Of a stretch of 64,000 bases of DNA, positions 47,467-56,706 are shown piece after piece. Both the position numbers and the translations under genes were made by a program. How positions within the stretch are numbered: position 1 is the first letter of the stretch; the number at the start of each line of letters is the position of its first letter. This stretch comes from Candidatus Aenigmatarchaeota archaeon (lineage in GTDB: Archaea; Aenigmatarchaeota; Aenigmatarchaeia; Aenigmatarchaeales; JACQIB01), in assembly GCA_016198755.1 (NCBI GenBank), contig JACQIB010000004.1, forward strand, positions 32,001 to 96,000. The letters are read 5' to 3'. The notes beneath the pieces are model-generated. The model worked only from the letters and a program-made list of their open reading frames with translations. It was not told the DNA's origin and made no database searches.

Positions 47467-48006
47467 ATGGTAGAAGCGGATGTAAATGGGTTTTTGAAAT
47501 GTGTTCTAGTTGGACACAGAAAAACTGCTGTTAATATACTATATAATCTCAACCCGAATGTTGATGGACCAGCGTATGCTGAGCTGGTAGGAAAAGTTAA
47601 AGAGCTATATAGTGGTGCAGAAATAGATTATGTTTCAGAAGAAAAAGGCATAACATTGCACTTTTCCTTAACAGAAAAAAATGCAGGTTCAGCTTTTTTG
47701 CAGCGTAGATTTATGGTAGGTGGCGGAGTTCCGGATGAAAAACCAGTTGATGTGTTACTAACTGCAAATAGCTTAGGTCTGGATTTGCCGGGTTATATGG
47801 CTGAGATTATACCTGATGGAAGTGGATGGAAGTTGAATATAGCTGGGAGAAAGGGTGGTGCTGTTCAGGAAAATCCAGATGGTATGGGATTTACTGCGGA
47901 TGCAGAAGAGCCGGCTGGTCCACGGGCAATAACAGATGTGCAATTAGCCTTACTTACAATTGGAAAAGTATACGGTTTTGAAACAGAAGAGCCAGCACCA
48001 GCCTAA
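47467..48006 (+). CDS. Hypothetical protein
   Basis: 179-aa ORF filling the gap, TTTTAAA box upstream, no recognised motif. Confidence 0.6.
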   Translation: MVEADVNGFLKCVLVGHRKTAVNILYNLNPNVDGPAYAELVGKVKELYSGAEIDYVSEEKGITLHFSLTEKNAGSAFLQRRFMVGGGVPDEKPVDVLLTANSLGLDLPGYMAEIIPDGSGWKLNIAGRKGGAVQENPDGMGFTADAEEPAGPRAITDVQLALLTIGKVYGFETEEPAPA

Positions 48007-51000
48007 ATAACATTGTTCTTTCCAAAGAAGTTTTTAACTTTATCAGCAGCCCTATCGTATATGCTGCGCGGTTTGTCTATAACAAATCCCTCTGCTTTTG
48101 AAACTTTAACATCCTTTGATATCTGCCCTCCAAAGTTTCCTGATAATGCTTTCCCATCTACCCCACGCGGAGATTTAAATATATCAAACAGCTCTGCTAT
48201 TCTCTCTTCAGCAGCAGCTTTGTTTCCAATCCTGCCCTTGTCAATAGTGTTTTTAAGCCAGTTATTCATTGAAATCTGAAGTTGAGCATACTGTTCTCTT
48301 GTTATCAATCCTTTATCCACAAGCAATTTGGAAATACCCTGAGACTTCCTTATTAACAATTCATCTCCTGTCCTTATAGCAAGCAGTTCATTTGCTACTA
48401 CATTTTCTATTTCCCTCTGATTAATTTTAACTCCGTCCAAAAGCTTTGCAGCATCATCTGCTTTGCTCTCTTCCACTAATAATTCTACTCTGTTTCTGAA
48501 AACATTCTCACCATCCCTTACATTTATCAGCGCGTCAGCTTCTAATTCTGCAAGGTAGGATTTTTTAAAAGCCACAGGCCTGTAATTGAAATCCAATTTT
48601 CTTGCAAATCTCTTCTGTGCAACTTCCATATGGGCAAACTCATGGGAAATTGTTCCCCTCCTGATCAGTTCCGCAGCTGATGTTTTCTGGTCTATGAAAA
48701 GTGTATCATAGCTTGATCTAGCCCATGCATCATTCTTTCCGAAATCCCTATATTCTATATTTCCCAGTTTTACATTATAATTTCTTGCACCCTTCCCTAT
48801 CTCACCCCTAATCATTCCTAAATGGGATTTTTGCAGGTTTGTCAGAGTATCTGATGATATTTTCCTCCCACTCCAGTCTGTTACAGCTCTTGATACAGTT
48901 ACTTTCTCCCCTTTAACAAGTATAGTTTCCACTATTTCCGGAATTTTAGCAGCCCGCGCTGCAGCAACCCCCCCAGCCCATGGAAGACTCATCACAGGCA
49001 ATCCAGCATGCCCTGCTTTTCCATAAATTCCATTCACGGGTTTTACTTTTTCAGTTTCCTTAAGCAGCCCTAAAGTTATTTGGCGTGTTTCCTCATCTCT
49101 TACTTTTTTTTGTATTAGTTTCTCCAATATATCCTGCACATCTTTCTTTGAAGCGCTCTTCTCTATAGGTATACTAATTTGCTTTCCGAACAATGTCACT
49201 TTCTTATCGTATTTGTAACCAAGTTCACTCATTTTTTTCAAATAATTCAGATAGGTTTCTCCACCATATTCTAAAGCTACCAAATCTGCAAGTTCCTCCT
49301 TAGCTTCGTTAAACATTATATTTCGCATACTTGATTTCATTATAACGTCATTCTCTTTCAGTATGTTTTCAGCAACAATAATCCCCTCCGAAGTATCTAT
49401 AAACGGGTGTGCAACTGCATGTTTTAACACCGCAATATTATCTGGTGTAATAGCTTCTCTGGTCAGAATTATTTGCACTTTTTTTGTGCCAGGTATATAG
49501 TAAATAAATTCTTTCTCTATAACATTCTTACCTTCCTTTGTTATGGTATCTACTACTCCGACTTCAACATCCCATCCTTTCAATCCCAATTTTTCAATTT
49601 CTTTTTTTGCCATATTCTGTATTAATTTTGGAGCCTTTACGCCACCTGAAAATTCTATTCCACCCTTTCCTGCGGTTTCTATTGCCATTTGAAATTTATT
49701 TTCCCAACTTGTCTTGCTAAGGCCTTTTTCAGCATCCTTTAGAACAGTACCGGCTTTTTTTGCATCTACAACTTTATTAATTTTATTTCCAGCTTTTCCC
49801 AACTTACCAGCCGTTTCAACTCCTTTTCCAATTTTCCCAGCTGCATTTGCAGCCTTGCCTGCTTTGCCAGCCAAACTGCCTGCTTTCCCTGCTTTAGCTG
49901 CACCCCCCACAGCCCCGCCTCCAACAAACAGCTGCGCAACCTCTCCTACACATTCACCTGCATTTTCAGCAGAGCCTGAGCAGTAGTCCCAAGCTTTGTG
50001 CGCCAGCTCCTTCACTTTTTCTTTGACTTCATCAGGATGGGAAGCAACCCATTCTACTTTTTCTTTTGCAGTTCCAAGCGCTCCCTTCACATCTCCCCAA
50101 TGATCCTCGCTTGTGATTGCCCATTCATAGCCAGCTTTCCCCACATTATAAACAACCTTTGGGAGATCGTAAACCAGTCCCTTCACAGTATTGTAAACAG
50201 ATTTTACAACACCCACCTGGAATTCTGCAATTTGCATTGTTGAATAGAAGAGGTTTCCTGCTAGAGATGTCCCCTTTGCAGTATTAGCTGTCTGCTTCAA
50301 TTTATTCCAGCCATCCTGAACACTTCCAACAAATCCCGCAGCTTTATCCTTCAGCTTTCCCCAGAAACCTTTCTGTGGCTGCTCAGTATACAATTCCACT
50401 TCAGGAGCCGGAACAGATGAAAAATAGGCTTTAGGCTCTAATATCACTGTTTTAACAGGTGGTTCAGGCCGCGGGAAATATATTGAGTTTGGGTTACGCT
50501 CTATTTTTAATTCAGGCTGGGGCTCAGGCTTCGGGAAAATCCCCAGAGCAGCCCACTTAGCATTTGTCTCAGCTCTGCGCTGCGCGCGATAGGCGCTCGC
50601 TTCTCTTCTTGCTTCCGCTTCCCTTTCTCTCTCCCTCTCCAATCGTATCTTCTCCAGCTCTTTCCAATATTTGCTTGTGCTTGTTGATTCTGCAAACTTT
50701 TCTTCAAAGCTTTTTGTTGGCTGGTTTTCGGTTTCAATCTCCTGACTTGTTTTTGCATTTATTTTTCCAATCCAATCTCCTATAGAAGATCTCCTTGTTA
50801 AAGCAACTCCAGCAGCAGCCGTCCCCCCAAAAAGTAAAAGAGAGAGCAAAGGATTTTCCTGCGCAAATGCTGTTGCATCTCCAGCCAAGTCAAACTCATT
50901 TTCACTTCCTTCACCGCTTGCCAGAATAAAAGGATTAGAAGCTGGGGTGAACAGCGGTTCCTCCTGCGCGTATAAGGCAATATTTCCTATATTTCCCATT

Positions 51001-52994
51001 GTAGAAGAGTTAAAAACAATTGGAACCTCGCAGGTTTCGTTTCCGTCACAATTTTCCAGATAGCTGTTCACAGTTTCCGCAGGAATGCTAACTTTTACCC
51101 AGCCTGTTTGTGTTCCATAAAGGAAATCATCTATCTCCCCATCTCCTACAAAGTCAACAGACAGGTCTGAAACATAGGTTGGCGGAACATAAGTCTTCAA
51201 TCCTATATAGTTTACATACATTGGAACTCCATCTTTCGCATCCTCTGCAACAGATATTGTGTTCAGCCCATCGTTCAGAGTGCTCAGACTGAGCGGTACC
51301 TCAATTGTTTTGTTCCCATAAGGAAATGACAGGCTATTTGATGCAGCGAATGTGCAGTCGTATGTGGGATAAGAGCCTGCAACCCTCCAATAAGTGACAC
51401 GAACATAACACTGCCCATTACACCATAAGCCATCTATACCCTCACATGCGCCAGAAGTATAGTGACAATCTGAGTCTCTATTGCAGCTACCCCAAGGATT
51501 TTTTGTGTACTTCCCAGCCCAACTTCCACATATGTATGATTGCCCAACTACTGAGCAGGCTCTGTTAAGGAAATAGAATAGATTTCCATTTGCATTTGTC
51601 AATGCCTCTGCATTTATAACAAGCCCCACAGAACTTATTTTTGATTTGTCTATTGTTATGTTGAAGTCCGAATAATCACAATAATTATCCAGATTGTCTT
51701 CACAGTACCCGGTTATTGAAGATTTTAAGGCAGGATTCAAAGAACCGGAAAGTTTGTATTCTATATAGTTCTTTGGCTCTGACTTTAGGTAAATGTCAAA
51801 GGTTTCAAAAGTTTTCCCTTTTGGAAGATTCAGGAAAAGAATTTCGTTCTTTCCTGAAAACGACAGGCTCTTGTTCAAGTATACGGCTTCTTCCGGAAGG
51901 TTATTTAATACCTCTTGTTTTTCTTTCAGCTCATAAGCCATAACGTTCAGTATTCCTATGTTTCCAGAGCTGAAGGAAACAGGAATAGTGCAAATCCCTT
52001 TTTCATCTGCTGTACATTTATCCAGTGCATCCAGCACAGTTCCTATAGGTATTTCAACAGTTCTCTGCCCAAGTATATTACCGTTAGCCAAAGCCTCGGA
52101 AAACCCATCGCCATCAAAATCTATTTTCACGTCCGAAGGGTATGCATCAATGTTTGAAGTATCCAACCGCAGGCTTACATTGTCTACATACATTCCAGGA
52201 TCTTTCTGGGAATCTGAAAAGGAAAATACATTCTTTCCCTGCTTTAACGTCCCGCTTTTCATAGAGATTGTCTTGTAAGAGCCTGTATGCTCGAATCCTG
52301 ATACAAGTCCCCATTGGGTTGTGTTGCACCTGTAGCTTACACTTGAGTCAGGGAAGGGTGAAGGGCAGTAGCTGTATTTGTCCTTAGTAGGTTCCCAGAC
52401 CTTTTCCCTATTAACAAAATAATACATGTCTGAAGGCGGGTAACCCATAGCATGACCATTTACAATAACCTGTGCAGCTGTTACTTTTGACATGTCCATA
52501 CTAATATCTGCTGTAAAATCATCTGTATTGCAGTAAACATTGTAGCCTGTTGAATCACAGTATACTACATCTGCAGTATCAGACGGCGTGAGCCAGTCAC
52601 TTCCCGCTGCGTTCCAAGGCCTTGAGTGCAGTGGCAGGCGCACATCCCGTCCAAGTATATACTCTGCATAATCCTGCTGATACCCCCTCATATATACTGT
52701 AAGAGAAGAGACATCAGCCCATTTTTTAACTTTCAAATTGAGAATCTGTAAACTGGAATTAGTAAAGGTAATATTTTTGTTCACTGCTGTCAAAGTTGGA
52801 ATATTGTTGCAGCTTTCTATTTTAACCCAGCCGCTTGGAACAGATTGAGGCGAGCCAAATGTCTGGCACTCGAGAGTTTCTGGATTGAAAGCATCTGCCA
52901 AAATCTGTATACCAAAAATAGCTGCGAAAGAAACCCCAGCGCTCAGAATAAGGAAAGCCAGAACTAAACCCCCCAGGAGAGCGTTTACCCGCAT
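48003..52994 (-). CDS. Giant membrane-anchored mosaic protein: duplicated Cys-rich ectodomain, TM, pre-toxin region, degenerate and intact HExxH peptidase domains
   Basis: Signal peptide; two copies of MYV-----L...SD---DF-GDG...C-(I/V)P--F-S; NPFILASG + TM; HPDEV...SAENAG..VG; HAVAH and HEFAH...ELEAD. Confidence 0.8.
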   Translation of the reverse strand: MRVNALLGGLVLAFLILSAGVSFAAIFGIQILADAFNPETLECQTFGSPQSVPSGWVKIESCNNIPTLTAVNKNITFTNSSLQILNLKVKKWADVSSLTVYMRGYQQDYAEYILGRDVRLPLHSRPWNAAGSDWLTPSDTADVVYCDSTGYNVYCNTDDFTADISMDMSKVTAAQVIVNGHAMGYPPSDMYYFVNREKVWEPTKDKYSYCPSPFPDSSVSYRCNTTQWGLVSGFEHTGSYKTISMKSGTLKQGKNVFSFSDSQKDPGMYVDNVSLRLDTSNIDAYPSDVKIDFDGDGFSEALANGNILGQRTVEIPIGTVLDALDKCTADEKGICTIPVSFSSGNIGILNVMAYELKEKQEVLNNLPEEAVYLNKSLSFSGKNEILFLNLPKGKTFETFDIYLKSEPKNYIEYKLSGSLNPALKSSITGYCEDNLDNYCDYSDFNITIDKSKISSVGLVINAEALTNANGNLFYFLNRACSVVGQSYICGSWAGKYTKNPWGSCNRDSDCHYTSGACEGIDGLWCNGQCYVRVTYWRVAGSYPTYDCTFAASNSLSFPYGNKTIEVPLSLSTLNDGLNTISVAEDAKDGVPMYVNYIGLKTYVPPTYVSDLSVDFVGDGEIDDFLYGTQTGWVKVSIPAETVNSYLENCDGNETCEVPIVFNSSTMGNIGNIALYAQEEPLFTPASNPFILASGEGSENEFDLAGDATAFAQENPLLSLLLFGGTAAAGVALTRRSSIGDWIGKINAKTSQEIETENQPTKSFEEKFAESTSTSKYWKELEKIRLEREREREAEARREASAYRAQRRAETNAKWAALGIFPKPEPQPELKIERNPNSIYFPRPEPPVKTVILEPKAYFSSVPAPEVELYTEQPQKGFWGKLKDKAAGFVGSVQDGWNKLKQTANTAKGTSLAGNLFYSTMQIAEFQVGVVKSVYNTVKGLVYDLPKVVYNVGKAGYEWAITSEDHWGDVKGALGTAKEKVEWVASHPDEVKEKVKELAHKAWDYCSGSAENAGECVGEVAQLFVGGGAVGGAAKAGKAGSLAGKAGKAANAAGKIGKGVETAGKLGKAGNKINKVVDAKKAGTVLKDAEKGLSKTSWENKFQMAIETAGKGGIEFSGGVKAPKLIQNMAKKEIEKLGLKGWDVEVGVVDTITKEGKNVIEKEFIYYIPGTKKVQIILTREAITPDNIAVLKHAVAHPFIDTSEGIIVAENILKENDVIMKSSMRNIMFNEAKEELADLVALEYGGETYLNYLKKMSELGYKYDKKVTLFGKQISIPIEKSASKKDVQDILEKLIQKKVRDEETRQITLGLLKETEKVKPVNGIYGKAGHAGLPVMSLPWAGGVAAARAAKIPEIVETILVKGEKVTVSRAVTDWSGRKISSDTLTNLQKSHLGMIRGEIGKGARNYNVKLGNIEYRDFGKNDAWARSSYDTLFIDQKTSAAELIRRGTISHEFAHMEVAQKRFARKLDFNYRPVAFKKSYLAELEADALINVRDGENVFRNRVELLVEESKADDAAKLLDGVKINQREIENVVANELLAIRTGDELLIRKSQGISKLLVDKGLITREQYAQLQISMNNWLKNTIDKGRIGNKAAAEERIAELFDIFKSPRGVDGKALSGNFGGQISKDVKVSKAEGFVIDKPRSIYDRAADKVKNFFGKNNVI

Positions 52995-53056
52995 AATAAA
53001 GTAGTATCTAGCAGGAATTTAAACCTTGTGGGCAGGAATTTTAGCACAGTTATTTG

Positions 53057-54076
53057 TTAATCAGTCTCTTTGTAGGGGTTTCCAACCTTTGTTATTCTCT
53101 TTGGATGGTCTATATCCCTTCCCAAAGCATTTACAAGGTTTCTTACAAGTGCCCAGCCGCCTGAAAGCAGACAGTAATTATCAAAAGTTTGGTTCAATTT
53201 TATGTCCAAACCAGCTATATCTGACCCAGATCCAATACCAAAAAGCATAGCGCCAGTAACCTGCTGGAACTTTTTGAACTTGTCAGCATATTCTGAGAAG
53301 TGTGGATGATGTATAACAACAGCACACCCTTTATTCAGCCCTTCTTCAAGCCCATGGAAAATATGTGTATCAGGATAGTAAACAGCCATTTTACCAGTTG
53401 TTTCACAAAGTTTAAGGGAAAGCTCTGCAGCAACTCCAGTCTCCAGTCCAACAAAATAGAATTGCTTTTCTTTAGAAAGTTTTTCCAGAATCGCAGGTTC
53501 AATATCTAGCATGATGTTTTTCTCTATTTTTTTCCCAGCATCCTCCAAATCTTTCTTTAGCTTTCCAAAGTCTATTTTCTTCCCCTGTAAAACAGCTAAA
53601 TTAAAAATAATTGAATCGCAGATCAATCCCTGTTCAATAACACTTTTAGTTGCAGCAATGCCCTTTTCAAACCCGCATTTCATTAGAATTTTTCTGTCTG
53701 CTTTGTTTGCCAGTGGAGAATCTGGAACAGCTGTAATTGCCACACATGTTCCCCCATGCTTTTTTGCATGTTCCAAAAGCAAAACAACTTCTTTTGTTTT
53801 TCCTGAGTTGCTGAACAAAAAAAGGTATGTATCTGAAAAATCTGTATATTGCATTAAGTCAGAGGAAAAGTAAGCTTCTACCCTGTTCTTTATGTTAAGT
53901 TTCAGAGCCCTGTTCTTTGCATTGTTGCCCGGAAACAACAGGCTGCTTCCCATACCAGTAAAAACAACTCTTTTATCCCCAATTTCTTTTGCGATATCTT
54001 TTGTAAGTGAAAAATCAAATTTCTCACAAACTCCCCCGCTCTCCAGCATCTCTTTTACAGTTTCTGACTGAACCAT
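53057..54076 (-). CDS. SIS-domain sugar-phosphate isomerase (GlmS isomerase-like, no glutaminase domain)
   Basis: TGMGSS, SNSGKTKE, SPLA, E-GIAATKS, ELSLKL-E, R-ID-P--ITKV. Confidence 0.85.
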   Translation of the reverse strand: MVQSETVKEMLESGGVCEKFDFSLTKDIAKEIGDKRVVFTGMGSSLLFPGNNAKNRALKLNIKNRVEAYFSSDLMQYTDFSDTYLFLFSNSGKTKEVVLLLEHAKKHGGTCVAITAVPDSPLANKADRKILMKCGFEKGIAATKSVIEQGLICDSIIFNLAVLQGKKIDFGKLKKDLEDAGKKIEKNIMLDIEPAILEKLSKEKQFYFVGLETGVAAELSLKLCETTGKMAVYYPDTHIFHGLEEGLNKGCAVVIHHPHFSEYADKFKKFQQVTGAMLFGIGSGSDIAGLDIKLNQTFDNYCLLSGGWALVRNLVNALGRDIDHPKRITKVGNPYKETD

Positions 54077-54102
54077 GTTCAGGATTTAGGTTGGTTCAAT
54101 AT

Positions 54103-54558
54103 TTAAGGCTTTTCAACCTTACAGACCAAGGGTTTTGCAGAAAAGTAGATTGAAACCAATAAAAGCACTATACTCAATAATTGGAACTCTGCACCTCCAA
54201 AAGGCAGAACAGCCAGAGCTGTTGGTATGCCTGCTGCTGTTAGTATAAGAGGGTAGCAGATAGGGCATGCGCTTGTAAATAAGCCTGCAAACATTCCTGC
54301 AATTCCCATTCCCTTTCCTGATAGTTTTCTGGCCTTGTTAATATTAAGTGTTATTGCAGTTGAAGAGAGGAATATGAAAATTATAAAGAAAATAATGCTT
54401 TGCAAAGTTGTTGTTTCTGTGAACAATATTTCTCCCTGCAATAATCCAGGCAGGCTTATAAAATTCATAAGAAAGGCTGCGGCAATTCCCATTATTAGGG
54501 CTGAAATTAAAAAACTCTTTCTCTTTTCAGAAACAACAGAAAAAATCTCCTTTATCAT
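54103..54558 (-). CDS. Membrane protein with CxxC (putative metal/copper handling)
   Basis: ATGA overlap with upstream cupredoxin gene; SACPICYP in TM region. Confidence 0.65.
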   Translation of the reverse strand: MIKEIFSVVSEKRKSFLISALIMGIAAAFLMNFISLPGLLQGEILFTETTTLQSIIFFIIFIFLSSTAITLNINKARKLSGKGMGIAGMFAGLFTSACPICYPLILTAAGIPTALAVLPFGGAEFQLLSIVLLLVSIYFSAKPLVCKVEKP

Positions 54559-55517
54559 ATTACCACTAAGGTTCCGCGGGCCATGTTCATTGAACATCTG
54601 AACTGGTATGTACCAGCTTTTTCCGGTGTAAACTGCACGGTATCAGTGGAACCAGGGTTAACAGTCTTTCTTATATTAAAATCAGGGAAAACAATAGAAC
54701 GTGTACAGCCTGCATCTTTCGCAGCCTGCAGGTTTATTTTAACAGGAGATCCTTTATTTACAGTTATTGTTGAAGGCTCATATGCAATTGCCCCCATTTT
54801 CAAATTAACCTCCTGTATACCATTGTTTGTCGGAACAATAGTATTTCCTGTTGGTTCTCCGCTTGGTTGTGCAAATAAGCTTCCGCTGGCTGTTCCAATG
54901 TTGCTATAATCAGCAAAAACAGAAGTTGCAAGAGCTGCAATTGAAATCAAAATTCCAAGTCCAATAAGATTTTTTGAAATGTTCCTGTTAGCATGCTGAT
55001 ATATAACATAAACCATCTCCCAGACCGTTAAAATTATAATGAAAATAAAAAATGGCATAAACAACTCCACATTATAAAATCTTATCATTATTCCCAACAT
55101 CCCCCCCATCATACCTCCCATTGGCCCAGCCATTACTCCTTCCATTCTGCCCAGAGCAGAGCCGCGTCCCATTCTTCCCATGGGAATACCGAAAACCAAG
55201 CCTGCTGCTGTTCCAATAACAATCCCAACAAGGAAATCAGCTGTTACCAGAGCAGCAAGAGTTCCAACAAAGAAACCTGCTGTTATACCAAAAACCATAC
55301 CGCTCATCATGCAGCACATCTCGCTCAGGTCTGTTTTCTTGGAGAGTGTGTAGTAAGCAGCCCAGCAAAGTAAAACCATTGAAAATAAAAACGGAGCTGT
55401 AAAAGGAGATTTCATGTAAATAATGCTTATAATAGCAGAAACAGCAACAACAGCCCCCAAAATAATAGTTGCAGTTGACTTCTTCAGGGACAATGAAACT
55501 CCTTTCTCCTCATCCAT
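54555..55517 (-). CDS. Met/Gly-rich multi-pass membrane protein with C-terminal cupredoxin domain
   Basis: MCCMMSGM, GMMGGMLG TM segments; Y-P--ITV-KG-PV...GC...F-CSMNM-RG. Confidence 0.85.
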   Translation of the reverse strand: MDEEKGVSLSLKKSTATIILGAVVAVSAIISIIYMKSPFTAPFLFSMVLLCWAAYYTLSKKTDLSEMCCMMSGMVFGITAGFFVGTLAALVTADFLVGIVIGTAAGLVFGIPMGRMGRGSALGRMEGVMAGPMGGMMGGMLGIMIRFYNVELFMPFFIFIIILTVWEMVYVIYQHANRNISKNLIGLGILISIAALATSVFADYSNIGTASGSLFAQPSGEPTGNTIVPTNNGIQEVNLKMGAIAYEPSTITVNKGSPVKINLQAAKDAGCTRSIVFPDFNIRKTVNPGSTDTVQFTPEKAGTYQFRCSMNMARGTLVVI

Positions 55518-55553
55518 ACAAATCCTTTCTATCTAAGTGTTTAAATACCTTTC

Positions 55554-56150
55554 TTAGCCTTCCACCATATCAGGCAAATGCTTTACAAGTCCAGCCTTCT
55601 CCAGCATAAGAAAAGCATACCCGCGCGGTGATAATTTTATACTCTCTATACCAAGTTCCCTTGCAAATTCCAGCAGCTGTCTCCTAGTCTCATCCACACC
55701 TCCGAAATCCTCCAGAGCCTCCACTTCCATAAAATATCCTAAATCTTTTACTGTATCCAGTGCAATTTCAAACTTGTCCTGAAAAACAAAAACCTCCCTA
55801 TATTTTTCAACTGTAACAAGTTTTTTTAAGTTAATTGCAGCAAAAATCTTCTCCAGCCTTGTACAATCTGCAATTTCCGTCTCAAACTCATCGCAGTGGG
55901 TTGTAACAAGAGCATCCTCAGGATAATAATGCTTATAGCTAAGTATTGTTTTTCCGCCCCTCTTCCTTATGCTTAACCACTCAAATGGAAGGTCTCTGAC
56001 AAAATTCCTATGTGGAGGATTATAATAGTCATCCACCTGTTCGCTTGTTTTTACAAACTTTGCTATTTCCCTTACTTTTTCCCCAATTCTCTCAAATTCC
56101 TCTTTAGTTAAAACCAACTTTATTTCCACTTCCACATCGTTCTTTGCCAT
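55554..56150 (-). CDS. Class IV adenylate cyclase (CyaB/CYTH)
   Basis: EVEIK, Q-D-YY, LSIRKR, EFET, V-K-R, LD-V--LG-F-EVE. Confidence 0.88.
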   Translation of the reverse strand: MAKNDVEVEIKLVLTKEEFERIGEKVREIAKFVKTSEQVDDYYNPPHRNFVRDLPFEWLSIRKRGGKTILSYKHYYPEDALVTTHCDEFETEIADCTRLEKIFAAINLKKLVTVEKYREVFVFQDKFEIALDTVKDLGYFMEVEALEDFGGVDETRRQLLEFARELGIESIKLSPRGYAFLMLEKAGLVKHLPDMVEG

Positions 56151-56185
56151 TAACAATTCCCTGTTTCAACAAATAAAAAGGCAGT

Positions 56186-56310
56186 TGGAGCCTCGGGCGA
56201 GATTTTCCAGCAGGAAAGGATCTCCCCTTCCTGCGCATCGAACTCGCGACCTCGTCCTTACCAAGGACGCGCTCTATGTCTGCTCGCGCAACCGACTGAG
56301 CCACCGAGGC
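56186..56310 (-). tRNA. tRNA-Thr(GGT) with two non-canonical introns (D-loop about 15 nt, T-loop about 34 nt), CCA encoded
   Basis: GCCTCGG/CCGAGGC acceptor, GCTC/GAGC D stem, CGTCC-TTGGTAA-GGACG anticodon arm, GCGAG/CTCGC T stem; removing 15+34 nt from 125 nt gives 76 nt. Confidence 0.92.
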
Positions 56311-56342
56311 AGAAATAGGTGTGCAGTTACAGCTTAAAAGAT

Positions 56343-56657
56343 TTAGGCTTCAGGTGTTTTATCTTTCTTTTTCTTCCCGCCCTTGAGCTTGGGTACTTTA
56401 ATCTCAAATCCACAGTGCTGGCATTTTGTGGAAAATTTGTACATTGCAGCCTTAGAAACAGGTTTCCACTCCTGCTGGTTAAACCCATATTTTTTGCATG
56501 TAGGGCAGGTATATTCTATATTTAATGTTGTACTGCCTTTAACAAGAAGAGCTCGCAATTTTCCCCCATCTTCCAGTTCCCTTATTGTATGGTACTCGCA
56601 GTCTGCTGCGTGCAATCCTTTTTCTTTTATAATACCTGCAATCTTTTCAAAATCCAT
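56343..56657 (-). CDS. Small zinc-ribbon protein
   Basis: YTCPTC...KCQHCG, Lys-rich tail. Confidence 0.7.
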   Translation of the reverse strand: MDFEKIAGIIKEKGLHAADCEYHTIRELEDGGKLRALLVKGSTTLNIEYTCPTCKKYGFNQQEWKPVSKAAMYKFSTKCQHCGFEIKVPKLKGGKKKKDKTPEA

Positions 56658-56706
56658 ACACAGCTATTGAAAATACTCTCTTAAAAAGATATGGGAGCTC
56701 AAAAAC

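Noticed and set aside
56104-56304. 66-aa ORF MAQSVARAD...
   Set aside because: It is a translation of the tRNA-Thr gene
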